From the IMG/VR virus record IMGVR_UViG_3300045988_077100, positions 1-64,000 of that record: 64,000 nt of DNA; one strand, given 5' to 3'. Under the pieces are notes generated by a model, which saw only the letters and a program-made list of their open reading frames with translations, made no database searches and had not been told where the DNA came from. Every line of letters starts with the position of its first letter. The stretch's first letter is position 1. Below, in pieces: positions 51,595-62,214 of this stretch. The stretch comes from a virus. The translations under genes and the position numbers were made by a program.

Positions 51595-54500
51595 ATGGCA
51601 AAAATTATCTTTAAGGGCGTACCCGATTTTACAGAGGTCCGGGCGGAGATCGCAAAGCTGAAGCAGGAGGTCGCGTCGGTATCCTCCACGAAGGTGAATC
51701 TGAACGGCACGGCGCAGGGCCTGAACGGCGCGGCCAATGCCGCCGGGAAGCTGGCGGGGAACTTGCAGAAGGTTTCCACCACCTTTGACGCAAACGGGCA
51801 GGCCACGCGGCAGGTGCGGGATTTCTCCGCACGGCTGGGAGAGACCACCCGCGTGGTGGCGACGCTGAACAAGGAGACGGGGGATCTGGCTGTGACCCAG
51901 CAGACCGTGACCCGGAACTACCGACAGCAGGCCCAAGCAGCGGAGAAAGCCGCTGCCGCAGAACTGAAAGCCACGCGGCAGGCCAACGCCTATTTACAGC
52001 AGCAGACCAGAGCAGCGCAGAACACCCCTTATAATCCCACATCGATCCAGCGGCAGATCGAGGGCATGGTGGGCATCGGGAATGCAGCCAAGAGTGCGGC
52101 GGACAGTGCCGGCGTATTTGAAAGAGCGTTTTTGAACACCTCCGATAAGGTCCAGAAGGGCACGAAGGAGATGACCGAGAAAAACGGGCTGTTAGGGGAC
52201 AGCTTTACCAACGTCTACCTGAAAATGCTGCAATGGCAGGTGATGGGAACCATCGTCTCCAAGACCATTGGGGCCTTCCGGGACGCCATTTCCACCATGA
52301 AGGCCGTGGACGATGAAATGGTGACGGTCCGCAAGGTAACTGGCTTTACAGCGGAGCAGATGGAAAAGCTGCGGGACCGGGCCTATGAGACGGCATCGGC
52401 CTACGGCGAGGCGGCGGACGAATATCTGAACTCCGTGGCGGCGTTTGCCCGTGCCGGTTACGGCGAACAGGCGGACGCACTGGCGGAGCTGGCCACCAAG
52501 ACAAAGCTGGTGGGCGACACCAACGCGGAAACGGCACAGCAATTCCTGCTGTCCGTGGACGCGGCGTATCAGTACAAGGGCAACATTGAAGCCCTGACCA
52601 AGGTGCTGGACGGCGCCAACGAGATCGACAACAAGTACGCCACCAGTATTGAAAAGCTGGCGGAAGGCTTGGGGACCGTGGCTCCCGTGGCGGCACAGGC
52701 CCATGTGGGGATCGATGAACTGACGGCGGCGATCGGTACGATCACCGCCGTGACCCAGCGGAGCGGCAGCGAGGCGGCCCGTGCGTTCCGGGCACTGGTG
52801 CTGAACATCGTGGGGGACACAAAAACCGAGATCGACGAGGGCGTGACGTGGACCACCGGGGAGATCGCCGGATTGAAGGACGTGATCCGACAGTACGCCC
52901 CGGCTGCGTATGAAGCGGCCAAGGCCACCGGCGAGGTCATTGACCCCATGGAGGCCATCGGGGGCCTTGCCCAGAGCATGAAGGACGGGCTGCTGACCGA
53001 ACAAAAGCTGATGGAGATGGTCAGCGACATCGGCGGCAAGCTGCGGACCTCTCAGCTGCTGGCCCTGATCCAGAACTGGGATATGTACCAGTCCATGCTG
53101 AAAGACTACGCCAACGCCGTAGGCAGCGCGGACAAGGAAATTGAAAACGCACTGGACAGCTGGACCCGCAAGACCAACATTCTGAAAAACGAATGGACGG
53201 AGTTCATCCAGAGCATGGTGAGCACCGACGCCGTTAAGGGCGGACTGGACGTGCTGATCGGTGCGGTGGAAGTCCTGAACACGGACATTGGGCATTTCGC
53301 GGCGGTTTCCGGGACTGCGGTTTTGGGAATGCTGGCGCTGAAAGCGGCGGCCAAGGGCGCGACGGTGGCATTTGCAAAGCTGTCGGCGGCGGGGATCGCC
53401 ATGAACCCGTGGCTGCTGGCAATCGCGGCGGCGGCAGGGGCGTTCAGCCTTGTGTGGAAGGCGACGGAGGACTACCGGAAAAGCCTGTCCACCCTGAACA
53501 CGGAGATCGAGACCAACAACACCCAGTTAGAAGAAAACAAGAAGCGGCTGGAAGAAATCTATGCAATTCCATGGCATGATCTAACGCCGGAGCTGATCGA
53601 GGAAAAGAAGGCACTGGAAGCGGAAAACGCCGAACTGGAACAGCAGATCAAGCACCTGACGGCAATCGCGGAGAAGAAGTCGCAGAGAGTGGGCGGAGCC
53701 GGTGGAACCACCATCACGTCCATGGGCAGCGTGAAGGGCTACGATGAATTTGTGGGCCGGTCCTTCAAATCCACGGAGGAAATGATTGCCCAGCTGCGGC
53801 TGGTGACGGGACAGGCCATCAGCACCACGGCAGACCTGGAACGGCTGGGGATCACCTACGAGACACTGGCGGACAAGGCCAAGGCGTACACGGACCAGCT
53901 TCAGTCCGGGCGAAGCATCCAACAGGACCAGATCGACGATTTCTACGCCGTGAAAACGGCGGCGGAACAGCAGGTGGCAGCCTACGAGGAAGCCATCAAG
54001 GCCAACGGCAAGCTGACGGACGCCCAACAGGCGGACTATGACGTGCTGAAGGCATTTTTGGCACAGGTCAACAAGGCCACACAGCCCATGAGCGACTATG
54101 TGGCGGGGCTTTTGAAGGTACAGCGGCAGGCGGGGAAGTCCGGGGACCAGATTTACGATCTGGTGAAGCGGATGATCGTTCTGAACGAGAAAAAGCTGGA
54201 CCTGAGTCAGCAGATCGGAGCACTGCGGCAGCTGGCCACCGAGGCCGGGGCGGCCGCCTATTCCGTGGGCATGATCGGTGCCGCCAAGACGCAGGATGTA
54301 GAGCGGACTATCAAAGGCTTGTTGCAGACCGGAAAGGCCAAGACCTATGACGAAGCCCGTGCCATCGTTCTGAACCGGATCTACAAGTCCATGTTTACGG
54401 ACACCGGGCGGGACAGCGGGACGGTGGATACCACCTCCAAAGTGGATACGTCCCCCACCACATCGTCCACAGGGAAATCCACTAAGGACGCGGAGCTGGA

Positions 54501-56403
54501 ACGGCTGAAGGACATCGTATCCCTGCGGAAGTCGGAGCTTTCCCTCATGCAGGAGCGTGGGGACAGCACGGCGGACCAGATCGACAAGATGCGGCAGATC
54601 CAAGCGGCGCTCCACGCACAGGCGGAGTATATGCGGCGGATCGGGGCCAGTCAGGCGGACATCAACGCCCTGTCCACGGAGCACTGGAAGATCACCAAGC
54701 AAATCCAAGAGCTGCAAAAGGATTTGTGGAATGAATTAGAGGACGCCGTTAACAAAAAGCTGGAAGAGGCGGAGGAAGCACGGGACAAGCAGACAGCCGC
54801 CATTGACAAGCAGATCGCCGCGCTGAGGGACGCCAAGGAAGCCGAGGACGAAGCCCTGAAGCTGGAACAGCTGAAGGCGGCGGTGCTGGAAAAGCAGAAC
54901 GCCTTGCTGGAAGCCCAGAAGGAACGGACGGTGCGGGTGTTCAACGCCGCAACCGGACAGTGGGAGTGGGAAGCCAACGCATCGTCCGTAAAGTCCGCAC
55001 AGGACGCCTATGAAAAGGCCAAGGAGGACTTGGCGGAATATGAGCGGGAGTTGGCCCTTCAGCGGGAAATCGACGAACTGGAAGCCAAGAAAAAGCTCAT
55101 CGAGGAAACCTATGACACCCTGAAAGCCGAGTGGAAGCGGATCACGGACAGCCTGCAGGAACCCACCCGGACCATTGACGATATTCTCAGCGACATTGCC
55201 AGAAACGGCACACCCAAGATGCGTCAGCAGGTGGAGGAGGTCAACAGCCTGCTGGGCAAACTGAATCAGTACATTGCCGGGGCTATGAATGGGATCATGC
55301 TTCCCGGACAGACGATGCTGCCGGGGATGATGGGCGCGGCCGGGGCCACCGGCGGCTTCCATTTCGACTACACGAAAAATCCGGGCGGCGGCTGGACGCA
55401 GACAGAAATGAACGAGGGGTTCAAGGAGGGGGACTCTGGCTGGAAGCTGGCAGACGGCAGCGACGCCAACCTGAATTACCGGGACACCACGCCATACGGA
55501 AAGGGTGTGAAGGGGTCCTTCACCGGCGCGGATATGAGCCGTGACCCAAAGTTGGCGGGGCGAACCGTTGAGAAAAACGGATATATCATCACGTATGACG
55601 AAAACGGCTATGCTAAGAGCGCCATCAACGTACATCAGGGAGCTGTCAATGGAAAACTTTCCGGGCTTTACACGAAGGTGGACGCGGACGGCAACGAGAT
55701 GCACTACACGGGCTATGACAAAAACGTGGATTACAACCTTGCCATCAAGCAGGCCAAGGAGTCCGGGGCCGGGGAAGGGCTGATCAAGCAGTTAGAGACA
55801 GAGCGGCAGAACAAGATCAACGCCATGTACGGCGGCAAGGACCCGGACAGAGGCGGAAGCGGTTCCGGCGGAAGTTCTTCAAAAGGCGGTTCGTCCAGCT
55901 CGTCCGGCGGCAAGGGCTATGACAGCAATGTGGACTACTCTCTGGCAATCAAAAATGCCGAAAAGAGAGGCGCCAGTCAGGCCACCATCGACAAACTGAA
56001 AGAAGAGCGCCAGAACAAGATCAATGACAAATACAGTGGAAAAGACCCGTACAAAAAATATGACTCCGGCGGCATTTTGAAGGGTCTGGGGGGCATCAAG
56101 GCCACCAGTCAGGACGAGATCGTGATCCCGCCGCTGCTGGCGGAGAAGATGCTGGAACCCAGCGCGGACAACACCTTCCAGAAGCGGATGAGTGAGCTTG
56201 GGTGGCTGTACGGCGCGGCGGAGCGGGGCAGCGCCATGCCGGGAAAGACGGTAATGAGCCGGACCAGCAACGACCACTACGGAGACAGCTACACGATCAA
56301 CGGCGTTCGGATCGGCGCGGAGGCGGCTGACCGGCTGACCGTGGCGCAGGTGATGCGGGCACTGAACAGCGGGGCCGGGAATCTGGGCCTCTACAAACAT
56401 TAA
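51595..56403 (+). CDS. tail tape measure protein
   Basis: 1602 aa, Ala/Gln/Lys-rich and helical, with internal hydrophobic segments (LAIAAAAGAFSLVW). Position is typical. Confidence 0.85.
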   Translation: MAKIIFKGVPDFTEVRAEIAKLKQEVASVSSTKVNLNGTAQGLNGAANAAGKLAGNLQKVSTTFDANGQATRQVRDFSARLGETTRVVATLNKETGDLAVTQQTVTRNYRQQAQAAEKAAAAELKATRQANAYLQQQTRAAQNTPYNPTSIQRQIEGMVGIGNAAKSAADSAGVFERAFLNTSDKVQKGTKEMTEKNGLLGDSFTNVYLKMLQWQVMGTIVSKTIGAFRDAISTMKAVDDEMVTVRKVTGFTAEQMEKLRDRAYETASAYGEAADEYLNSVAAFARAGYGEQADALAELATKTKLVGDTNAETAQQFLLSVDAAYQYKGNIEALTKVLDGANEIDNKYATSIEKLAEGLGTVAPVAAQAHVGIDELTAAIGTITAVTQRSGSEAARAFRALVLNIVGDTKTEIDEGVTWTTGEIAGLKDVIRQYAPAAYEAAKATGEVIDPMEAIGGLAQSMKDGLLTEQKLMEMVSDIGGKLRTSQLLALIQNWDMYQSMLKDYANAVGSADKEIENALDSWTRKTNILKNEWTEFIQSMVSTDAVKGGLDVLIGAVEVLNTDIGHFAAVSGTAVLGMLALKAAAKGATVAFAKLSAAGIAMNPWLLAIAAAAGAFSLVWKATEDYRKSLSTLNTEIETNNTQLEENKKRLEEIYAIPWHDLTPELIEEKKALEAENAELEQQIKHLTAIAEKKSQRVGGAGGTTITSMGSVKGYDEFVGRSFKSTEEMIAQLRLVTGQAISTTADLERLGITYETLADKAKAYTDQLQSGRSIQQDQIDDFYAVKTAAEQQVAAYEEAIKANGKLTDAQQADYDVLKAFLAQVNKATQPMSDYVAGLLKVQRQAGKSGDQIYDLVKRMIVLNEKKLDLSQQIGALRQLATEAGAAAYSVGMIGAAKTQDVERTIKGLLQTGKAKTYDEARAIVLNRIYKSMFTDTGRDSGTVDTTSKVDTSPTTSSTGKSTKDAELERLKDIVSLRKSELSLMQERGDSTADQIDKMRQIQAALHAQAEYMRRIGASQADINALSTEHWKITKQIQELQKDLWNELEDAVNKKLEEAEEARDKQTAAIDKQIAALRDAKEAEDEALKLEQLKAAVLEKQNALLEAQKERTVRVFNAATGQWEWEANASSVKSAQDAYEKAKEDLAEYERELALQREIDELEAKKKLIEETYDTLKAEWKRITDSLQEPTRTIDDILSDIARNGTPKMRQQVEEVNSLLGKLNQYIAGAMNGIMLPGQTMLPGMMGAAGATGGFHFDYTKNPGGGWTQTEMNEGFKEGDSGWKLADGSDANLNYRDTTPYGKGVKGSFTGADMSRDPKLAGRTVEKNGYIITYDENGYAKSAINVHQGAVNGKLSGLYTKVDADGNEMHYTGYDKNVDYNLAIKQAKESGAGEGLIKQLETERQNKINAMYGGKDPDRGGSGSGGSSSKGGSSSSSGGKGYDSNVDYSLAIKNAEKRGASQATIDKLKEERQNKINDKYSGKDPYKKYDSGGILKGLGGIKATSQDEIVIPPLLAEKMLEPSADNTFQKRMSELGWLYGAAERGSAMPGKTVMSRTSNDHYGDSYTINGVRIGAEAADRLTVAQVMRALNSGAGNLGLYKH

Positions 56404-56416
56404 GGGAGGCGGGCGC

Positions 56417-58516
56417 ATGGCATTATTCCAACCAACGAATATTTATCCATCGTCCCTTGGGGAACTGGGAAACGGCACGGTTGACATCACGAAGCCGCTG
56501 ACGGTGAGCTGGCAGGTGAACGGCAACTCCGCTATGACCGCGTTTTCCCTGACGATCTGCAAAAACGATGCGGCGTCCACACAGGTGTACACCACGGGGA
56601 AGCTGACGGAGGGATGCCCCTTCTATGGGATCGACTACGCGGGAAACACCGTGCTGTTTACCCACACCATTCCGGCTGACGCATTGAGCGGGGCGAATAT
56701 GGAGAATGGGCAGCAGTACAAGCTGATCATCAAGCAGTGGTGGGGGGAGACCGACGCAGAGAGCGTGACCCAGCGGAGCGCATCGGTCTTTCTGACGAGG
56801 GCGGACCCGGTACTGACCGTGGCCGCCATCCCCTCGCCGCTGACGGTGCGGAAGTACGCATTTACGGCGGCCTATTCTCAGGCGCAGGGAGACACGCTGA
56901 ACTGGGTGCGGTGGATGCTCCGGGCAAAAAGCAGCGATACGGCGCTCTATGACAGCGGGCGCATTTACGGCACGGCGGAACTGCGGATGGAGTATGACGG
57001 CCTGTTTTCCGACACGGATTACGCCGTTCGCTGTCAGGTGCAGACGGAGAACGGCGTTCAGGCAGACACCGGCTGGGTGGATTTCCGGGTGGCCTACGCT
57101 ACCGCCACCACCACCGGCGCGGTGGTGGCCTGTCCCAACTGCAAAAAGTCCGGTATCCGGGTGACATGGCCGGGGCTGTACGATGTGCAGGGCACGGCGG
57201 CGGGAGAAAACCGCATCCAAAACGGAAAGCTGGTATTGGGAGCGGATGGGACCGTGATCTGGGACAAGGTGACGGGGCAGCCGATGAACTACGCTCAGCC
57301 GTGGAGCTTGGTGTGGAGCGGGACGGTGGACGTGAACCGCGACAACCCCATCCTGACGGTGGGGCTGAATGGCGGCGCGGCCATTGTGACGCTGGGGAAG
57401 TCCGGCGTTTCTATGACGGTGGACGGCGTGGAGGTCTGGAAGGACGCCCTGTGCGGCGTAACGGAGGAGGACGAATGGACGCTGGTGATCACCGGCGGAC
57501 AAATCTATCTCCGGCAGGTGACGTGGATCAACGCCTTGTATCCCGCCGTGACCCTGTACCCCGGACCGGAGCTGTATCCCTACAAGGGCATTCAATCCGG
57601 CAACCTTTTCAGCAGCGACGTGAACCTGACGGGGCGGTCCATTACTTCTTTGACGCTGGGCGGCGTCCAGACCTGCGACTATCTGTGGGTGACGGGTGAG
57701 GTTCTGGAAGCCAGTGTGCTGGACCAGATTCTGAGCCAGGACGGCTGGACGCCGGTGGCGTTTTCCGGGAACACACTGTTCCAGACGGATTTCGCCGGAG
57801 GCGGCCTGCAGGCGGGGAACCTGGCTTTCAGCGGAACGCTGACGGGCTTTGCCATTTACCGCTACCACGAGGGGGAAGCAACGCTGGAACCGGTGGCGCA
57901 GACGCCCCTTTCGGAGCGGGCCATTCTGGACTGCAAGGCGGTATCGCAGGAGACATACCGCTACTATATGTTTGGACTGGGGCAGACGGCGGACGGGCAG
58001 GAGGTCATCGTGACCAACGCCATGATCTCCGACGCGGTGACGCCCATTTTCTGGGACTGGACGGTTCTGCAATGCACCATGGACGCAGATGGGGGCTATC
58101 ACCCGGCGGCGATCTTCCGGTTCAGCCTGAACGTGGCCAGCGGGGAAATCAGCAACAACAACAGCCCCGGTGTGCTGGGGAATTTCACCCGGTATCCTAC
58201 GGTACAGAGTTCCCCCAGCGATTACCGCTCCGGGACGCTCTCGGCGGCCATAGGGCACGTTCTGACAAGTGGGGAGTATACGGATACCAACGAGGTGCGG
58301 GACGCCGTGTACGCCCTCTCAACCACGCAGGACACCCTGTTTTTGAAAGACAGGCGGGGAGACCTGTGGCAGATCAGGGCGGGCGGGGCCATTACCATGA
58401 GCACCATGGACGGCAGCCGACAGCAGGTGCAGACGGTGACGCTGCCATGGGTGGAGATCGGCTCCGCGGATGGGGCGCGTATCCTGCTCACATCCAGCGA
58501 CGCTTTGTTTGCATAA
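56417..58516 (+). CDS. distal tail protein-like (position-based)
   Basis: 699 aa, immediately after the tape measure gene. Confidence 0.5.
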   Translation: MALFQPTNIYPSSLGELGNGTVDITKPLTVSWQVNGNSAMTAFSLTICKNDAASTQVYTTGKLTEGCPFYGIDYAGNTVLFTHTIPADALSGANMENGQQYKLIIKQWWGETDAESVTQRSASVFLTRADPVLTVAAIPSPLTVRKYAFTAAYSQAQGDTLNWVRWMLRAKSSDTALYDSGRIYGTAELRMEYDGLFSDTDYAVRCQVQTENGVQADTGWVDFRVAYATATTTGAVVACPNCKKSGIRVTWPGLYDVQGTAAGENRIQNGKLVLGADGTVIWDKVTGQPMNYAQPWSLVWSGTVDVNRDNPILTVGLNGGAAIVTLGKSGVSMTVDGVEVWKDALCGVTEEDEWTLVITGGQIYLRQVTWINALYPAVTLYPGPELYPYKGIQSGNLFSSDVNLTGRSITSLTLGGVQTCDYLWVTGEVLEASVLDQILSQDGWTPVAFSGNTLFQTDFAGGGLQAGNLAFSGTLTGFAIYRYHEGEATLEPVAQTPLSERAILDCKAVSQETYRYYMFGLGQTADGQEVIVTNAMISDAVTPIFWDWTVLQCTMDADGGYHPAAIFRFSLNVASGEISNNNSPGVLGNFTRYPTVQSSPSDYRSGTLSAAIGHVLTSGEYTDTNEVRDAVYALSTTQDTLFLKDRRGDLWQIRAGGAITMSTMDGSRQQVQTVTLPWVEIGSADGARILLTSSDALFA

Positions 58517-58534
58517 GAGGGAGGCGATGCAGAA

Positions 58535-59791
58535 ATGACCCAAGCGGAACGGATGAACGATTACCGCAAGATGCTGCGCCGGCCTTTTACCAAGCTGTGC
58601 CGTCTGCGGTTTTTACAACCGGACGGCTCCACGGCCTTTGCACTGGACAACAACCCCACGGGGCGCTTTGCCGGGGCATTTATCGCGGACGGGAGCCTTT
58701 CCGTGAATCTGAACAACGGCCAGCGGCGGACGGCCTCAGTGACGCTGGCGAATCTGGACGGCACGTTCGATTACAACATCAACCGGGTGTGGTTCGGGAA
58801 CCGGATCGCACTGGACGAGGGCCTTGTACTCAGCGACGGCACGGACTTTTACATCCAACAGGGGGTCTTTCTGGTGAAGGACCCGGTGGAGACGCTGGAA
58901 CCGGCCAAGCGGACGGCGCAGTACGATCTGGTGGATAAATGGTCGGATCTGGACGGAACGCTTTTCGGCTATCTGGAAGGGACCTATGAAGTGAAAGCGG
59001 GGGTCAACGTATTTGACCCCATCGCAGCCCTTTTAAAACTGGACCGGGGAAACGGGGAACTGGTGGACAATGTGGCCCCGGTATTCACGGAATACTACAA
59101 CGGCAAGACTCAGCAGCTGGCAAACGGCACCACGGCCAAGCTGACGGACGCGCCCTACACCCTGCGGGTGGACAGTGACAACGGAAGCTATGCGGACGTG
59201 TGCCTTGGTCTTGCGGAAATGCTGGCGGCGTGGATCGGGTACGATGCCTCCGGCGCACTGCGGATCGACCCCTCTCAGGACGATATTCTGGACAGCGACA
59301 AGCCGCTGGCGTGGCAATTCTCACAAAGCGAGGCGGAGCTGCTTGGGACGGAGTACACGGAAAAGAACACGGAAGTGTACAACGATTTTATCGTGATTGG
59401 GGAAGCGGTGAACAACAGCCCGCAGGTGGCGGCACGGGCGCAGAACCTTGACCCGGCCAGCAGCACGAATGTAAGTCGGATTGGGCGCAAAACCGTGCGC
59501 TACCGGGCGGCGGGCTATTCCACAAAAAGACAGTGCGAGGACTTGGCTGTGTGGAAGCTGAAACGGTCCGCGGCACTGCAAAAGTCCGTCTCGGTTTCTT
59601 GCAGCCAGATCATGCACCTGAACGAAAATGAACTCATTTCTATCGTGCGGAGCGACAAGGCGGGGTCTCCGGTGGAGCGGCATCTGGTGCAGGGGTTTAC
59701 AAGGCCCCTGACATGGAGCGGCCCCATGCAAATTTCCGCCGTGTCGGTACAGGATTTCCCCACGGCCACCGTGACGGGGTGGCCCACCTGA
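58535..59791 (+). CDS. tail-associated/baseplate hub-like protein (position-based)
   Basis: 418 aa, second gene after the tape measure gene. Confidence 0.45.
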   Translation: MTQAERMNDYRKMLRRPFTKLCRLRFLQPDGSTAFALDNNPTGRFAGAFIADGSLSVNLNNGQRRTASVTLANLDGTFDYNINRVWFGNRIALDEGLVLSDGTDFYIQQGVFLVKDPVETLEPAKRTAQYDLVDKWSDLDGTLFGYLEGTYEVKAGVNVFDPIAALLKLDRGNGELVDNVAPVFTEYYNGKTQQLANGTTAKLTDAPYTLRVDSDNGSYADVCLGLAEMLAAWIGYDASGALRIDPSQDDILDSDKPLAWQFSQSEAELLGTEYTEKNTEVYNDFIVIGEAVNNSPQVAARAQNLDPASSTNVSRIGRKTVRYRAAGYSTKRQCEDLAVWKLKRSAALQKSVSVSCSQIMHLNENELISIVRSDKAGSPVERHLVQGFTRPLTWSGPMQISAVSVQDFPTATVTGWPT

Positions 59792-59897
59792 ACGGTGAAG
59801 CAGCCCAAAAGGGCACCGGATCAAAAGGAGGAACTTTTATGAAGAAGAATCGTTGCGGAAAAACGGCCCTTTTTTTCCCTGAGAGGGGGCGGATGTA

Positions 59898-60308
59898 ATG
59901 GCATATTCCAAAACCGTATGGGTCAACGGTCAGGCCCCAGCGCTGGACGCAGCGCATCTGAACAAGATCGAAAATGAACTGGAAGCCCTTGACCAGCGCC
60001 CTATTGGGGGCGGGGGGACCACCTACACCGCCACCATCGGGACTGCATGGACGGAGGACAGCAACACCGGGGTCAAGACCCAGAGCGTGGCGATTCCCGG
60101 CGTGAAGGCATCCAACACGGCCACGGTGGACCATGCTTACACCGGCAGTGGGACAAGCGACGACTATGCCGCCTTTGTGGAGGCAGAGAACCAGTATCTC
60201 AACTGCATCACCAACGGCTACGCAGAGACCTATGACGGCGGGATCAAGTTTACCATCTTCGGGGACGCCAACACGGTGTCCATTCCCATTGTGGTGGAGG
60301 TGAGCTGA
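59898..60308 (+). CDS. hypothetical tail-tip protein (136 aa)
   Basis: ORF track entry. Confidence 0.45.
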   Translation: MAYSKTVWVNGQAPALDAAHLNKIENELEALDQRPIGGGGTTYTATIGTAWTEDSNTGVKTQSVAIPGVKASNTATVDHAYTGSGTSDDYAAFVEAENQYLNCITNGYAETYDGGIKFTIFGDANTVSIPIVVEVS

Positions 60309-61033
60309 TGGGCTTTGCAATCGTGGCGGGGGGGAACCCCAATATGGCGGTGCCGGTGGCAGGGATTGCCGCCGGGGACATCGCCGTGGGGTCTACGGTG
60401 AAGCTGATGGAGAGCGGCACGGCGGTTGAATATCTGGTGGTGAATCAGGGGATTCCCAGCAATTCCAACCTGTACGACAGCAGCTGCGATGGGACGTGGC
60501 TGCTGAGGAAGGCCATTCATAGCGACAGGGCTTGGAACTCTTCCAACGTCAGCACATACGCCAGCAGCGCTATTAACACATGGTTGAACGGAGATTTTTT
60601 CAACACATTGACAAGCGGAAATGCGGTGAAGCAAGTGAAAATCCCGTATTGCACAGGTGGGGGGACTTCCACGGTGAACAGCGGGGCCAACGGGCTGAGT
60701 GTTAGGGCCTTTCTGCTGGGCGGCTATGAATTGGGGCTGAGAACCAGTGACAACAGCAGTTTCCCCGTGGATGGCGCGAAGTTGAGCTATTTTGATACGG
60801 GGATGGGGACATCTGCCAACAATAAGCGCATTGCAAATCTGAACGGTGCAGCCAGTGTATGGGGGCTCCGCTCTCCGTGGAAAGATGATACCAACTTTGT
60901 GTGGGATATTGATTCCAACGGTGAGATCCTTTACGGTGTTGCCACTGGAACATACGGCATCCGTCCGGCGCTGGTGCTGTTCAAAACGGCCATCTTTGAC
61001 AAAGACACCATGATCCTGAAGGGGGCGGCGTGA
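60308..61033 (+). CDS. DUF6273-like tail fibre/RBP-module protein
   Basis: ...RAFLLGGYELG...WGLRSPW....GIRPALVL pattern. Paralogous to 62211..63056. Confidence 0.5.
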   Translation: MGFAIVAGGNPNMAVPVAGIAAGDIAVGSTVKLMESGTAVEYLVVNQGIPSNSNLYDSSCDGTWLLRKAIHSDRAWNSSNVSTYASSAINTWLNGDFFNTLTSGNAVKQVKIPYCTGGGTSTVNSGANGLSVRAFLLGGYELGLRTSDNSSFPVDGAKLSYFDTGMGTSANNKRIANLNGAASVWGLRSPWKDDTNFVWDIDSNGEILYGVATGTYGIRPALVLFKTAIFDKDTMILKGAA

Positions 61034-62214
61034 TGGGACATGTTCTGTTTCTGAGGAAGGGCAGCGTACATACCGCACCGGGGAATGGGCTGCCCTATGG
61101 CTACCAGAAATTGCAGTATATCCAGAGCACCGGCACACAGTACGTAAATACAGGGGTTAAGCCAAATCAGGATGCACGGGTAGTGCTTGATGTTTATGCC
61201 AGCCCAGCAACAACTGCATCATGGCTATTTGGAGCGAGAAATGGAAATACCGATAGGACCTTCGGCCTACTCAGTTACAATTCTCAGTACCGTTCCGACT
61301 ACAACAACTCAACGGAAGAGTATTCTACGGTAACTCCATCCGGGAAGTTTACAGTTGATAAGGACAAGAACGTTACAAAGTTTAACGGGACGATAGGCGT
61401 TACAGCAAAATATGGAGCGTTCCAATGCACATATCCGATGTTCCTTTTCGCAAACAACAACGCTGGAACAGCAGCAGGGTTCGGTTCTTTTAAACTATAC
61501 TCCTGCCAGATCTACGACAACGGAACCCTTGTGCGGGACTATGTGCCCTGCAAGAATCCCTCCGGCGTGGTTGGCCTGTACGACCTGACGGGGAAACAGT
61601 TTTACGGCAACAGCGGCACGGCCATTTTCTACGCAGGCCCGCCGGTGGTAACGCTGCCGGAGGGGTACACGCAGCTGATGTATCTGGAAAGCAGCGGCAC
61701 CCAGTACATCAATACCGGCTTTACGCCCAATCAGGACGCAAGGATTCAGCTGGATTGCGAACGCACGGCAGCCAATGCAACAGATCACTTTTTCGGCGTG
61801 AGAACCGGCAATTCGGCTTCGTCCGCATTCGCTTTCTATATCTATAATTCCGGCTGGCGGTGGGCCTACAACAATGCGACGGCCAACGGCACCGGCCCCG
61901 ATATCGGCAGGTATTTCATTGACGCCAACAAGAACATCACGACGATAAATGGGGACACGACATTGACCGGCACCTATGCCAGTTTCACGGCAGCCGCAGC
62001 TGCTCCGCTGTTTGCCATGCTGTCCGCCCCCAGCGGGTTTTCCTACGGTTCGTTCCGGCTTTACACCTGCCGGATCTACAACAACGGCCTGATGGTACGG
62101 GATTTCATCCCGTGCAGGAACGCCAGCGGGACGATCGGGCTTTACGATCTGGTGAATGGGCAGTTTTATACCAACGCGGGAACGGGGACGTTCACAGGAA
62201 GCGAGGTGGAATGA
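61030..62214 (+). CDS. tail fibre/RBP-module protein with internal tandem duplication
   Basis: Two ~190-aa halves share LP.GY..L.Y..S.GTQY.NTG..PNQDAR...D....F.LY.C.IY.NG..VRD..PC.N.SG..GLYDL..GQFY.N.GT..F. Confidence 0.55.
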   Translation: MMGHVLFLRKGSVHTAPGNGLPYGYQKLQYIQSTGTQYVNTGVKPNQDARVVLDVYASPATTASWLFGARNGNTDRTFGLLSYNSQYRSDYNNSTEEYSTVTPSGKFTVDKDKNVTKFNGTIGVTAKYGAFQCTYPMFLFANNNAGTAAGFGSFKLYSCQIYDNGTLVRDYVPCKNPSGVVGLYDLTGKQFYGNSGTAIFYAGPPVVTLPEGYTQLMYLESSGTQYINTGFTPNQDARIQLDCERTAANATDHFFGVRTGNSASSAFAFYIYNSGWRWAYNNATANGTGPDIGRYFIDANKNITTINGDTTLTGTYASFTAAAAAPLFAMLSAPSGFSYGSFRLYTCRIYNNGLMVRDFIPCRNASGTIGLYDLVNGQFYTNAGTGTFTGSEVE

